Counted from the stretch's first letter, positions 27,816-38,065 are shown. The stretch is DNA of 64,000 nucleotides from an uncultured Chloroflexia bacterium (GCA_963826225.1 CAWGWF010000001.1:988391-1052390); one strand, 5' to 3'. Made by a program: numbers and translations. Notes: generated from the sequence alone by a model not told the origin.

Positions 27816-29025
27816 GTGACACCGCCGCTCACCGCCGCCCGCCCCGCCGAACCGTTCGCGGACCTCAAGGCCCGCGCCGCCCGAGCCGTCGAGGATGCCC
27901 GGGCCGAGATCCTGGATCTGTCGCACCGGATCCACGCCACCCCGGAACCCGCGTTCGAGGAGCATCGGGCCGCGGCGTGGGTGGCCGAGGCCGTCGCCCG
28001 CCACGGCTACGCCGTCGAGCACCCGGCCGGCAGCCTGGCCACCGCGGTGCGGGGCCGGATCACCGGGGGCCTGGGCGCCGATGGCCCGCGGATCGGCGTG
28101 CTCGCCGAGTACGACGCGCTGCCGGGGCTGGGGCACGGGTGCGGCCACAACACGATGGCCGCATCGGGCGTGGGTGCCGCGATCGCGCTGGCGGCGGTCC
28201 GGGACGCATGGGCCGGCGAGGTCGTGTTCCTCGGCACGCCGGCAGAGGAGCGGGGGAGCGGCAAGGCCATCATGATCCGCGACGGCCTGTTCGAAGGCCT
28301 GGACGCGGCGCTCCTGTTCCACCCGTGCGACCGCAATCACGTCGAGAGCGCGGCGCTGGCCTCCGAGGACGTGACGGTCACCTTCACGGGCGTCGCCTCG
28401 CACGCCGCATCGGACCCGTGGAGTGGCCGCAACGCACTGGACGCGATGATCGCGCTGTACGTGTCGGTCGGCCTCTGGCGCCAGCAGCTGCCCACCCACT
28501 GCCGCGTGCACGGGATCATCCAGGAGGGCGGAACCGCGGCCAACATCATCCCGGATCGCACCCGCGCCTGGTTCATGATCCGCAGCGCCGACCAGCCGCT
28601 ACTACGAGGTCATGAAGGCGCGCTTCCGCGCCCTGTGCGAGGCGGCAGCCCAGGCCGCCGACGTGGCGGTGGAGGTCGAGTTCTCCGGCGGAGCCACCAC
28701 GATCAAGCCCAATCGCACGCTCGCCGCGCTGTGGGTGGCGAACGGCGAGGCCTACGGGATCCGCGACGAGGGCCCGGACCCGACCTCGGGCTCCACGGAC
28801 ATGGGCAACGTGTCGTGGGTGCTGCCGGCCATCCACCCCGACCTGTCGATCACGGACGGCCCGACGCCCGGCCACACGATCGAGTTCCGCGATGCCGCTG
28901 CCCAGCCCACCGCGGACCGGACGGTGCTCCTCGCGGCGACGCTCGTGGCGCAGACGGCGATCGACCTGTTGGGCGATCCGGGGCAGGTCGCGGCGGCGTG
29001 GCGCGAGTTCCGCGGGGAGGGGTAG
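27816..29025 (+). pseudogene. M20D-family amidohydrolase interrupted by a +1 frameshift near 28596-28600
   Basis: Frame 0 (27816 onward) encodes the N-terminal two thirds, including the HGCGHN metal site, and then decays after ADQP. Frame +1 (ORF 28612-29025) encodes the conserved C-terminus (YYEVMKARF ... GSTDMGNVS). This is consistent with a single extra base in ccgCtactac. Confidence 0.6.
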
Positions 29026-29119
29026 CGGCTCATCGTCGGTCGTTCGCGCTACGATGCCGCCCTGCGCGCCCCGCTGGACGGCGGACCCGAGCCGGCGGCG
29101 CCCCGCGAGAGGACCACAC

Positions 29120-30181
29120 GTGGCGCAACGCCCGCAAGATCCGGCCGACGTCGATTTCGCGGCGCGCAACGGCTGGGACCGCCCGTACGAGACGTTCGAC
29201 GACTTCGACCTGCCCACGTACGTCGGGCTGCCCACATTCCAGAAGCTGCCCTGGGTGACGGATCCCTCCGAGCTGCGCGCCCGCAACGTGGACGTCGCGA
29301 TCGTCGGGGCACCATTCGACGATGCGGTCAGCCACCGGCCGGGGGCCCGGTTCGGGCCGAGGGCGATCCGGGAGGCGCAGTACACCTCGGGCTCGATCCA
29401 CTCCCTCCAGCTGGGCGTGGAGCCGTTCGAGATCCTCGAGGTCGTGGACGCGGGCGACGCCAACATCATCCCGGCCTGGATCGACCGCGCCCACGCCCTG
29501 ATCTACCGCAAGGTCCACGAGGTTGCCGCGACCGGGGCGATCCCGATCGTCCTGGGCGGCGATCACTCCATCACCTGGCCGTCGGCGACGGCGATCGCGG
29601 ACGTTCGGCGGCCCGGCAGCATCGGCATCGTGCACTTCGACGCCCACGCGGACACCGCAGCCGACGACTGGGGCGTCCTGGCCGGCCACGGCACGCCCAT
29701 GCGGCGGCTGATCGAGTCCGGCGCGGTCAAGGGCCGCAACTTCGTCCAGGTCGGCCTGCGCGGCTACTGGCCGCCGGTCGAGACGTTCGAGTGGATGCGC
29801 GAGCAGGGCCTGCGCTGGCATCTCATGCGCGAGATCGAGGAGCGCGGTGCGGAGGCCGTCATCGACGACGCGATCGCCGAGGCGCTCGACGGGCCTGACG
29901 CGGTCTACATCTCCGTGGACATCGACGTCATCGACCCGGGCAGCGCGCCGGGCACCGGGACGCCGGAGCCGGGCGGGATGCTGCCGCGCGAGGTGCTCCG
30001 GGCGGTCCGCCGGATCGCGTCCGCGGTGGAGATCGCGGGCATGGACATCGTCGAGGTGTCGCCGCCCTACGACCATGCCGAGGTGACGGCGATGGCCGCC
30101 AACCGGGTCGCCCTGGAGCTGATCTCGGCCCTCGCGGCGAAGCGCCTGGCGGGCCACCCGATCCGGTTCGAGCGGCCGTGA
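29120..30181 (+). CDS. Agmatinase/arginase-family ureohydrolase
   Basis: Mn-binding motifs GGDHS, DAHAD and SVDIDVIDP. GTG start. Confidence 0.85.
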   Translation: MAQRPQDPADVDFAARNGWDRPYETFDDFDLPTYVGLPTFQKLPWVTDPSELRARNVDVAIVGAPFDDAVSHRPGARFGPRAIREAQYTSGSIHSLQLGVEPFEILEVVDAGDANIIPAWIDRAHALIYRKVHEVAATGAIPIVLGGDHSITWPSATAIADVRRPGSIGIVHFDAHADTAADDWGVLAGHGTPMRRLIESGAVKGRNFVQVGLRGYWPPVETFEWMREQGLRWHLMREIEERGAEAVIDDAIAEALDGPDAVYISVDIDVIDPGSAPGTGTPEPGGMLPREVLRAVRRIASAVEIAGMDIVEVSPPYDHAEVTAMAANRVALELISALAAKRLAGHPIRFERP

Positions 30182-30191
30182 CCGGGACGCC

Positions 30192-30980
30192 GTGGTCGTG
30201 ACCGGATCCGCGGCAGCCGCCCTCGCCCGGCTGTATGACCTGGACCTGGCCGAGGACCCCGGCGACCTCGACCTGTACCTTGCGCTCGCGGCGCGGACCG
30301 GTGGTCCCGTGCTCGAGCTGGCGGTCGGCACCGGCCGGCTCGCGGTCCCCCTCGCGGCTGCCGGGTTCGACGTGACGGGCGCCGACACGGACCCGGCGAT
30401 GCTGGCCCGGGCCCGCCTGCGCGCGGACGACGCGGGGAGCGCGGTCGGGCGACGGATCCGGCTCGTGGAGGGCGACGCGCGGGCGTTGCGGCTGGCGGAC
30501 GCTGGAAGCTTCGGCCTCGCGTTCATCGGCTTGAACTCCATCTTCCTGGTCGGCGATCGGGCCGGCCAGGCGGCCGCCGTGGCGACGCTCGCGGCCCACC
30601 TCGCGCCCGGCGGGCTGGCCGTCCTGGATGCATGGCTGCCCGACGCCGACGACCTCTCGCGCTACGACGGTCGGCTCGTGCTCGAGTGGATCCGCGATGA
30701 TCCACAGACCGGGCGGACCGTCACCAAGACCGGCAGCGCGGCGTACGACCCGGCAACGGGCAGCGTCCGTTTGACGACGATCTTCGAGGAGGGTCTGCCG
30801 GGCGAGCCGGCGGTCCGTTGGATCCGGACCGACGACCTCCGGCTGGTGGGGCCGGACGGGCTGGCCGGCTACGCGGAGGCCGCCGGCCTGGAGGTCGAGC
30901 TGCTCGCCGGCGGCTACGATCTCGATCCGCTCGCACCCGGCGCGGAGCGGGTGGTGCTCCTGGCGCGGCGGCCCCGCTGA
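30192..30980 (+). CDS. Class I SAM-dependent methyltransferase
   Basis: Motif I LELAVGTGR and a downstream acidic residue (DTD). 262 aa. Confidence 0.7.
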   Translation: MVVTGSAAAALARLYDLDLAEDPGDLDLYLALAARTGGPVLELAVGTGRLAVPLAAAGFDVTGADTDPAMLARARLRADDAGSAVGRRIRLVEGDARALRLADAGSFGLAFIGLNSIFLVGDRAGQAAAVATLAAHLAPGGLAVLDAWLPDADDLSRYDGRLVLEWIRDDPQTGRTVTKTGSAAYDPATGSVRLTTIFEEGLPGEPAVRWIRTDDLRLVGPDGLAGYAEAAGLEVELLAGGYDLDPLAPGAERVVLLARRPR

Positions 30981-31054
30981 CCCATGCGACCGGGTCCCGA
31001 TGGGACCATCGGGCGGCGGGTCCGGCGGCCGGGTCGCGTGGTAGAGTCGCGCCG

Positions 31055-32194
31055 ATGCCGGACCAGATCCGCCTGCTCGTCGTCGAAGACGTCCCCCAGG
31101 TCGCCCAGTACATCCGCGGGCTGCTCAACTCGCAGTCCGCGATCAAGCTGCTGGACGTCGTCAACGACGGGTCCCGCGTCGAGCGGCTGATGGCCGAGCT
31201 CCGCCCGGACGTGGTCCTCGTGGACGCCCTCCTGCAGGGCCGTATCAAGGGCATGGCGCTCGTGGAGCAGATCCATCGCTCCCCGAACCGGGTGCCGGTG
31301 ATCGTGCTCACGGTGCCCCAGCAGCCGGTGGCGACCGGCGTGGACCAGGGGATCCACGGGGTCCTGACGATGCCGTTCACCGGGTACGAGCTGGTGACCC
31401 GGCTCCAGGCCGTCCACCAGGCCGCGGCCGTGGCGGACAACGCGGGCACCGCGCGGATGATCACGGTCTTCGCCCCCAAGGGCGGCGTGGGCAAGACGAC
31501 GATCGCCTTCAATCTCGCGGTGGGGATCGGCCAGCTCGGGCAGCGCGTCGTGCTGATCGACGGCAGCATCCAGTTCGGCGACATGCGGGCGGTCCTCAAG
31601 GTCCCCCTCGAGACGCCGTCGCTCCTGGACCTGCCCACGGACCGGATCCAGGAGTCGGACCTGCAGGACGTGCTGTGGCGGGACCCGTCGGGGATCGACA
31701 TCCTGCTCGCCCCGCCGCGCGTCGAGATGGCCGAGATGGTGACCGTCCGCGACCTCGAGAAGACGCTCTCGCTGCTGCGCCGGGTCTACGACTTCGTGAT
31801 CGTGGACACGCCCGCGGTCGTCAACGACGTCAACCTCGCCTTCCTCGACGCGTCCGACACGATCCTCGAGGTCGTGACCTACGACTCGACCACGATCCAC
31901 AGCACGATGGTGATGGCCGACGCGTTCCGGATGATCGGCTACCAGCCGACCAAGGTCCGCTATATCGTGAACCGGGCGGATTCGCAGGGCGGGATCGACC
32001 CCGGGGTGCTCGAGCGCGCCCTGGGCCGCAAGCCGGAGTACCACGTCCGTTCCGGCGGGCCGCTGGTCACGAACGCCAACAACGAGGGGATTCCGTTCGT
32101 GCTGGCCGACCCGTCCGCGGACATCAGCCAGGACGTGATGCGGGTGGCGGCCGAGCTGGTCGGCCGGGGCGCAACCGCCGCGGGCCACAGGTAG
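31055..32194 (+). CDS. Receiver-like domain fused to a CpaE/TadZ-type ParA/MinD ATPase (paralog 1)
   Basis: The N-terminal REC-like domain has the Asp but carries MP instead of the conserved KP. The C-terminal deviant Walker A KGGVGKTT is intact. A TAGAGT -10-like hexamer ends 7 nt before the ATG. Confidence 0.8.
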   Translation: MPDQIRLLVVEDVPQVAQYIRGLLNSQSAIKLLDVVNDGSRVERLMAELRPDVVLVDALLQGRIKGMALVEQIHRSPNRVPVIVLTVPQQPVATGVDQGIHGVLTMPFTGYELVTRLQAVHQAAAVADNAGTARMITVFAPKGGVGKTTIAFNLAVGIGQLGQRVVLIDGSIQFGDMRAVLKVPLETPSLLDLPTDRIQESDLQDVLWRDPSGIDILLAPPRVEMAEMVTVRDLEKTLSLLRRVYDFVIVDTPAVVNDVNLAFLDASDTILEVVTYDSTTIHSTMVMADAFRMIGYQPTKVRYIVNRADSQGGIDPGVLERALGRKPEYHVRSGGPLVTNANNEGIPFVLADPSADISQDVMRVAAELVGRGATAAGHR

Positions 32195-32203
32195 CGGGCA
32201 CCC

Positions 32204-33127
32204 GTGTCCGACCCTCGACCGCTCGGGATCTTCGACTCGGGCGTCGGCGGGCTCACGGTCCTGCGCGAGATCCTGCGCCGCTCCCCCCACGAATCCACGA
32301 TCTACCTGGGCGACAACGCGCGCGCGCCGTACGGCACCCGAACCGACGACGAGGTCCGCCGGTTCTCCGCCCAGGCGCTGGACGAGCTGGCGCGCCGTGA
32401 CGTCAAGGCGCTGGTCGTGGCGTGCAACACGTCCACGGCCGTGGCGCTGCGCGACCTGCGCGCCCGCTACGACCTGCCGGTCCTGGGGGTCGTCCGCCCC
32501 GGGGCAGCCGCGGCGGCCCTGGCGACCCGGAACCGCCGGGTTGGCGTGATCGCCACGCCGGCCACCGTTCGCTCGCACGCGTACTTCAACGCGATCAAGG
32601 ACGAGAACCCCGCCGTCGAGGTCTACGAGCACGCCACGCCCCGGTTCGTGCCCATGGTCGAGGCCGGGATCCTGTCCGGGCCGGAGCTCCAGGCAGTCGT
32701 GGACGAGGAGCTGTCGCCGCTGCTGGGCGAGCGGGACGGGGCGGGGGAGTTCGTGTTCCCTCGGCCGCCGTCCGCCAAGATCGACACGCTGCTGCTGGGC
32801 TGCACCCACTACCCGCTGCTGCGACCGATCCTGACGGCCGCCGTGGGGGACCGGGTGGCGATCGTGGATTCGGCGACGGCCACGGCCGCCACCCTGGCCG
32901 AGCTGCTCTCCGTGAACGGCCTCGAGTCGCCCGGCACGACCCGTGGCACCGCCGCCGATCCGGGCGCGGCGGGTCATGCGCGACCGGCGGAGCGGTACGA
33001 CGGCCGGCCGGCGACGCACACGCAGCTCACGACCGGGGACGTTCAGCGCTTCCGCGCGATCGCCTCGCGGATGTTCGGCGATTCGTTCCCGGACGTCGAT
33101 CCGGTCGAGCTGGCCGGGACCGCCTGA
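32204..33127 (+). CDS. murI: Glutamate racemase
   Basis: FDSGVGGLTV and CNTS catalytic-cysteine motifs. Full length. Confidence 0.9.
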   Translation: MSDPRPLGIFDSGVGGLTVLREILRRSPHESTIYLGDNARAPYGTRTDDEVRRFSAQALDELARRDVKALVVACNTSTAVALRDLRARYDLPVLGVVRPGAAAAALATRNRRVGVIATPATVRSHAYFNAIKDENPAVEVYEHATPRFVPMVEAGILSGPELQAVVDEELSPLLGERDGAGEFVFPRPPSAKIDTLLLGCTHYPLLRPILTAAVGDRVAIVDSATATAATLAELLSVNGLESPGTTRGTAADPGAAGHARPAERYDGRPATHTQLTTGDVQRFRAIASRMFGDSFPDVDPVELAGTA

Positions 33128-34389
33128 TGCCGGCCCGGGGTTCGGCGGGCGGCGGTCGCGGCGCCGCCGGCGGCCGCCGGGGCCCGGCCGGGATCCCCGA
33201 GGAGCGGCTGTGGCAGGTCGGCTTCCTCGTCGGGTCGGTTCTGGGCGCCGCGATCACGGTCGCCGGACGGGAGCTCGAGCGGTCCGCCCGCCGGGCGGGA
33301 CTCGTCGACTGGGGCCGCGTGGAGGCGATCGCGGTCGCGCGCCTGCGAAACGCTCCCGGCGCGCTCCCGGAGGCGGAGCTGCGTGCCGTCGAGGGCGAGT
33401 ACGCGGAGGCGATGGCGCGGGTGGTGCCGGCACTGTCCCGCCATCTCGGGGTGGAGCTGCCGGGGGTCGTGGACCGCGTCGCGGTCGTGGACCGTGCGGC
33501 GTGGGTCCGGGCGAACACCTCGGCGTTCGCCGCCCTCATCGGCCGCCTGGAGGACGAGCTGCTGGACCAGCTGCTGCCGTCGGGCGGCGGCATGGGCAAG
33601 GCGACGATCACGCTCGCCAACCGCTGGGTCACCACGCGCCAGCTGGGACTGCTGCTGGGCTTCATGGGCCAGCGGGTGCTCGGCCAGTACGACATCGCCC
33701 TGCTGTCGGCCGAGACCACGCCCGGCCGTCTGCTGTTCGTCGAGGAGAACGTCCGCCGGACCGCGCGGGCGCTGGACGTCCCGGTCGGCCCGTTCCGGAC
33801 CTGGATCGCGCTCCACGAGACGACCCACGCGTTCGAGTTCGAGGCGCACCCGTGGCTCCGCCCGTACCTGGCCGATCGGCTGGAGCGGCAGGTCTCGATG
33901 CTGTCCCGGGACGTGAAGGTCATGGGGCGGGACGCGATGTCGGCGATCGGGGCTGCGCTCCGGGGCGACAACCGCCGCGAGGGACAGCACTGGCTGGAGC
34001 GGCTGATGTCCGACGAGCAGCGCCGCCTGTTCCGGGAGACCCAGGCGGTGATGAGCCTGCTCGAGGGGTTCGGCGACCACGTGATGGACGAGGTCGGGCG
34101 GGATCTCGTGCCGGGTGTCGAACGGATCTCGGCCCGGTTCCACGGCCGGCGCGAGCAGCGCACGCCGTTCGAACGCGCGATGCTGCGCATCACCGGGATG
34201 GACCTCAAGATGGAGCAGTACCGGAAGGGCGAGGCGTTCGTCGCGGAGATCGAGCGGCTGGCCGGCGCGGCGGCGCTGCGGCGCCTGTGGGATGGGCCCG
34301 AAACGCTGCCGACGCCCGAGGAGATCGAGCGACCGGCCGACTGGGTCCGGCGCCTTGGACTGAACCGGATCGCGGGAGGCGTGTCGTGA
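33127..34389 (+). CDS. Zinc metalloprotease-like hydrolase (HExxH, DUF2342-type)
   Basis: HETTHAFEF zincin motif. The ATG overlaps the murI stop, and the stop overlaps the next gene's start. Confidence 0.65.
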   Translation: MPARGSAGGGRGAAGGRRGPAGIPEERLWQVGFLVGSVLGAAITVAGRELERSARRAGLVDWGRVEAIAVARLRNAPGALPEAELRAVEGEYAEAMARVVPALSRHLGVELPGVVDRVAVVDRAAWVRANTSAFAALIGRLEDELLDQLLPSGGGMGKATITLANRWVTTRQLGLLLGFMGQRVLGQYDIALLSAETTPGRLLFVEENVRRTARALDVPVGPFRTWIALHETTHAFEFEAHPWLRPYLADRLERQVSMLSRDVKVMGRDAMSAIGAALRGDNRREGQHWLERLMSDEQRRLFRETQAVMSLLEGFGDHVMDEVGRDLVPGVERISARFHGRREQRTPFERAMLRITGMDLKMEQYRKGEAFVAEIERLAGAAALRRLWDGPETLPTPEEIERPADWVRRLGLNRIAGGVS

Positions 34390-35474
34390 CCGACGAGTCG
34401 GCGAGCAGGATGGACGGTGCGGCGGCGGGCGACCCCGGGCGCGGGTCCGGACCCGGTGGGGTCCCGGCGGCAATCGGCCTGACGCCCATCCTGGCCGCTC
34501 GGTACCGGGCCCGGGATCTCGAGGCCATCCAGGCGGCCGCGCCGGGCGCACGCCTGGTCACGATCGGTTTCGACGGCCACGCGGAGGGACCGCTCGACGA
34601 CGTCGAGGTGATGCTCCGCGGCCGCCTGCCGGCCGAGACGTTCGACCGGATCCTGGCCCGCGCGCCCTCGCTGCGCTGGGTCCACTCCGCGACTGCGGGT
34701 GTCGAGCGCGTGCTCACCCCGTCCAGCCGGTCGCGCGGCCTGGTCATCACGAACGCGCGGGGCGTCTTCTCGCGCCCGATCGCCGAGTACGTGATGCTGA
34801 TGATCCTGGCCGTGGCGCGCCGCCTGCCGCAGCTCCTGGAGCTCCAGGCCGAGCGGACGTGGCAGCCCCTCGAGTCCCGCGAGCTGCGCGACGTCACGGT
34901 GGGCATCGTGGGGCTGGGATCGATGGGCCGTGCGGTCGGGGCCCTGGCCACTGCGTTCGGCTGCCGGGTGATGGCAACGCGACGTCGGCCGGAGGCCGGC
35001 CATCACGCTGCGGACGGCGCCGGCGACGAGCCGTTCCTCGGCACGCTCATGCTGGATCGTGTCCTGCCGCCCGAGCGCTTGTCCGAGCTCCTGGCCGAGT
35101 CGGACTTCGTGGTGCTGGCGGCACCGCTGACCTCGGACACGGCAGGCTTGATCGGGGATGCGGCGATCGCGCAGATGAAGCCCGGCGCCTGGGTGATCAA
35201 CGTCGCCCGAGGCGAGCTGGTGGACGAGCGTGCGCTCGTCCGTGCCCTTCGGGACGGCCGGCTCGGCGGCGCGGTCCTGGACACGTTCCGGGAGGAGCCG
35301 CTGTCGCCGTCGTCGCCGCTGTACGAGCTGTCGAACGTGATCCTCACGCCGCACACGTCCTGGTCGTCCACGCGCGTGCTGGACCGCTCCGTGGAGCTGT
35401 TCTGCGAGAACCTGCGCCGGTACGCCGACGGGCGGCCGCTGCTCAACGTGGTGGACCCGAGCGCGGGCTACTGA
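34386..35474 (+). CDS. D-isomer-specific 2-hydroxyacid dehydrogenase
   Basis: NAD-binding motif GIVGLGSMGRAV and the catalytic region (NVARGELVDE ... TPHTSW). Confidence 0.8.
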   Translation: MTDESASRMDGAAAGDPGRGSGPGGVPAAIGLTPILAARYRARDLEAIQAAAPGARLVTIGFDGHAEGPLDDVEVMLRGRLPAETFDRILARAPSLRWVHSATAGVERVLTPSSRSRGLVITNARGVFSRPIAEYVMLMILAVARRLPQLLELQAERTWQPLESRELRDVTVGIVGLGSMGRAVGALATAFGCRVMATRRRPEAGHHAADGAGDEPFLGTLMLDRVLPPERLSELLAESDFVVLAAPLTSDTAGLIGDAAIAQMKPGAWVINVARGELVDERALVRALRDGRLGGAVLDTFREEPLSPSSPLYELSNVILTPHTSWSSTRVLDRSVELFCENLRRYADGRPLLNVVDPSAGY

Positions 35475-35524
35475 GCTTCGGCACGAAGGCCGCAGCGGGA
35501 GCTGATGCGGGGCACAATCAGCCC

Positions 35525-36631
35525 ATGCAGATCGCGATCGTCGGGCTTGCCGGGTGCGGCAAGACCACCGTGTTCAACACGCTCACCCGGGGCCACGCCG
35601 AGACGGGCGGCTACGGAGGGCTCCAGCTCAACGTGGGCGTGGTCAAGGTCCCCGACGCCCGCCTCGAGCGCCTGGCCGAGATCTTCCGGCCGAAGAAGAT
35701 CGTCCACGCGGACGTCACCTACGTGGACCTGCCGGCCCCGCCCGCCTCGTCCGAGGGTCACGTCGGCACCGAAGAGCTGCCCGCGGAGCACCTGGCCCGC
35801 CTGCGGGAGGCGGACGCGCTGATCCACGTCGTCCGGGCCTGGGACTCGCCGGCCCACCCGCATCTCGCCGGCTCCGTTGATCCAGCGCGAGACCTGGAAC
35901 AGCTGGACCTGGAGTTCGTGCTGTCCGACCTCGCGATGATCGACCGGCGGCTGGAGCGGCTGCACGCCGGTGGTGGGCGCCACGGCACGCCCGCGGAGCG
36001 GGAGGCGAACGAGCACGAGGAACGGATCCTGGTCGTGCTCAAGGCGGTCCTGGAGGCCGGTCGCCCGATCCGGGACGAGACGCTGGATCCGGACGACGAG
36101 AAGGCGATCCGCGGCTTCCGGTTCCTGACCCAGAAACCCGTGCTCATGCTGCTCAACGTGGGCGAGGGCGACCTGGCGGCGGCGCCTGCCCTCGTGGAGC
36201 GGATCGCGGCCGGCTATCCGCACCGGCACGCGCAGGTGGACTCGCTGTCCGCGAAGATCGAGATGGAGCTGGGCGAGCTCGAACCCGACGAGGCGGCCGT
36301 GTTCATGGAGGAGCTCGGCCTGGCAGAGTCCAGCCTGGACCGCGTGATCCGGCTCTCGTACCAGCTCGTGGGGCTCATCTCGTTCCTCACCGCCGGCCCG
36401 GACGAGGTGCGGGCATGGCCGGTCCCGGACGGGTCGACGGCGGTGGACGCCGCGGGCGCGATCCACACCGACCTCGCCCGAGGCTTCATCCGCGCCGAGA
36501 CGATCGCCTACGAGGACCTCCTGGTCATGGGCACCATGGCCGAGGCCAAGCGCCACGGCAAGGTCCGGTCCGAGGGCCGGTCCTACCGGGTCCGCGACGG
36601 TGACGTGATCGAGATCCTGTTCAGCCGCTGA
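35525..36631 (+). CDS. ychF: Redox-regulated ATPase YchF (Obg family)
   Basis: The G1 motif has the YchF-specific form (GLAGCGKTT). There is a TGS domain at the C-terminus. Confidence 0.9.
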   Translation: MQIAIVGLAGCGKTTVFNTLTRGHAETGGYGGLQLNVGVVKVPDARLERLAEIFRPKKIVHADVTYVDLPAPPASSEGHVGTEELPAEHLARLREADALIHVVRAWDSPAHPHLAGSVDPARDLEQLDLEFVLSDLAMIDRRLERLHAGGGRHGTPAEREANEHEERILVVLKAVLEAGRPIRDETLDPDDEKAIRGFRFLTQKPVLMLLNVGEGDLAAAPALVERIAAGYPHRHAQVDSLSAKIEMELGELEPDEAAVFMEELGLAESSLDRVIRLSYQLVGLISFLTAGPDEVRAWPVPDGSTAVDAAGAIHTDLARGFIRAETIAYEDLLVMGTMAEAKRHGKVRSEGRSYRVRDGDVIEILFSR

Positions 36632-36704
36632 CCGCGGCGGAGGTTGCTCCGGCCCCGGCGGGGCTGGCCTGGACCGGCGATGCGCCGATCCGGGGCGCCC
36701 GGCC

Positions 36705-37046
36705 TCAGTTCTGCCGCCCGCCCGCCTCGAGGTCCGCGAGGATCATCGCGTAGTCCACGCCTTCGTCGGGCGCCTCGAGGTCGGCGAGGAAGTTCTCCTC
36801 CTCGTCCCGGGACACGTTGACCGCGGCCGTCAGGCGGTCCTCGGTGATCGCGATGAAGTCGTGGTCCCGCTCCAGCTCCTCGGCGATCGCCTCGACCAGC
36901 GTGTCCTGCTCGAATCCATCCAGGACGCGCCGGCGGATCGACTGGACGAGCTGGAAGAACTCCTCGGGCTCCATCTCGTCCTCGCGGGCGAGCAGGAGGT
37001 CGGCGAACACGTCGTTGTCGCCTTCGTGCAGCTCGTAGAAATGCAT
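36705..37046 (-). CDS. Hypothetical highly acidic small protein
   Basis: 113 aa, Asp/Glu-rich throughout, with an ATG start and GC3-biased codons. It lies divergent from the pfkB-family gene. Confidence 0.45.
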   Translation of the reverse strand: MHFYELHEGDNDVFADLLLAREDEMEPEEFFQLVQSIRRRVLDGFEQDTLVEAIAEELERDHDFIAITEDRLTAAVNVSRDEEENFLADLEAPDEGVDYAMILADLEAGGRQN

Positions 37047-37150
37047 GGGATCCTCGGGGTGCGCGGGTTGGGCGGGATTCCCCCGCCCGGACAGGCGAGA
37101 ATGGAACCCAAGTATAGGCGGCGCTCCCTCGCGGACCGCCGGGAGGTGGG

Positions 37151-38065
37151 ATGAGCAGCACGCCCGCGGTGGTGGTGGTTGGCTCCGCGTGCCGGGATCT
37201 CGTCGACGATGACGAGCGGGGCTGGCGGCTGGGCGGAGGGGCGTCCTTCTCCGCGCTCGCGCTCGCGCGCCTGGGTCTCTCGGTCGGAGCCCTCGTCGTG
37301 GCGGACCCGCTCGCCGAGTCCTCGACCGAGATCCAGATGATCCGTGACGCGGGCGTCGAGGTCGTCGTCGTGCCCGGCCTCCGGGGTCCCGTGTTCATCA
37401 ACACCGAGACACCGACCGGGCGGATCCAGCACACCCCGCAGGTGTCGGACCCGGTGCCCGTCGCGGCGCTGCCGCCGCACTGGCGCGGCGCCGACGCCTG
37501 GGTGTTCGCACCGGTCGCGGCCGAGGTGACCGACGACTGGGCCCCCGTCCCGCCGGAGGGCGCCCTCGTCGCGCTGGGCTGGCAGGGCCTGCTCCGCGTG
37601 CTCATCGCCGGCGGGCCGGTGACCCACCTCCCACCGGGCCCTTCGCCCGTCGTGAGGCGCGCGGACCTCATCGGCGTCGGTCGCGACGACTTCGACGTGT
37701 CCGTCACGCCGGCCGACCTGCTCCAGTTCGTCCACCCCGGGGCCACCCTGCTGCTGACCGACGGGGTGCACGGGGGTGTTGCCGTGGACGCGGGGCCGGG
37801 CGCGACGGAGGCACGCCGCCGCCCGTGGCGCAGCATCCCCATTGCCGCGTACGTGGACGCGGTGGGGGCAGGCGACACGTTCCTCTCGGGTGTGTTTGCG
37901 GCGCGGGTGGAACCTGCGCTGACCTCGTCGTGGACGGGCGAGGACCCGGATCTGCGCCTGGGCGCCGCGATGGGATCGCTCATCCTCGAGGGCCCGGGCC
38001 TGTTCGGTGTGGCCGACCGGGAGACCGCGATCGGCCGGATGTTCGGCGGCACCAACCCGGACTAG
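37151..38065 (+). CDS. PfkB-family carbohydrate/nucleoside kinase
   Basis: N-terminal GG region (VVGSACRDL) and the C-terminal GAGDTF anion-hole motif. Confidence 0.75.
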   Translation: MSSTPAVVVVGSACRDLVDDDERGWRLGGGASFSALALARLGLSVGALVVADPLAESSTEIQMIRDAGVEVVVVPGLRGPVFINTETPTGRIQHTPQVSDPVPVAALPPHWRGADAWVFAPVAAEVTDDWAPVPPEGALVALGWQGLLRVLIAGGPVTHLPPGPSPVVRRADLIGVGRDDFDVSVTPADLLQFVHPGATLLLTDGVHGGVAVDAGPGATEARRRPWRSIPIAAYVDAVGAGDTFLSGVFAARVEPALTSSWTGEDPDLRLGAAMGSLILEGPGLFGVADRETAIGRMFGGTNPD

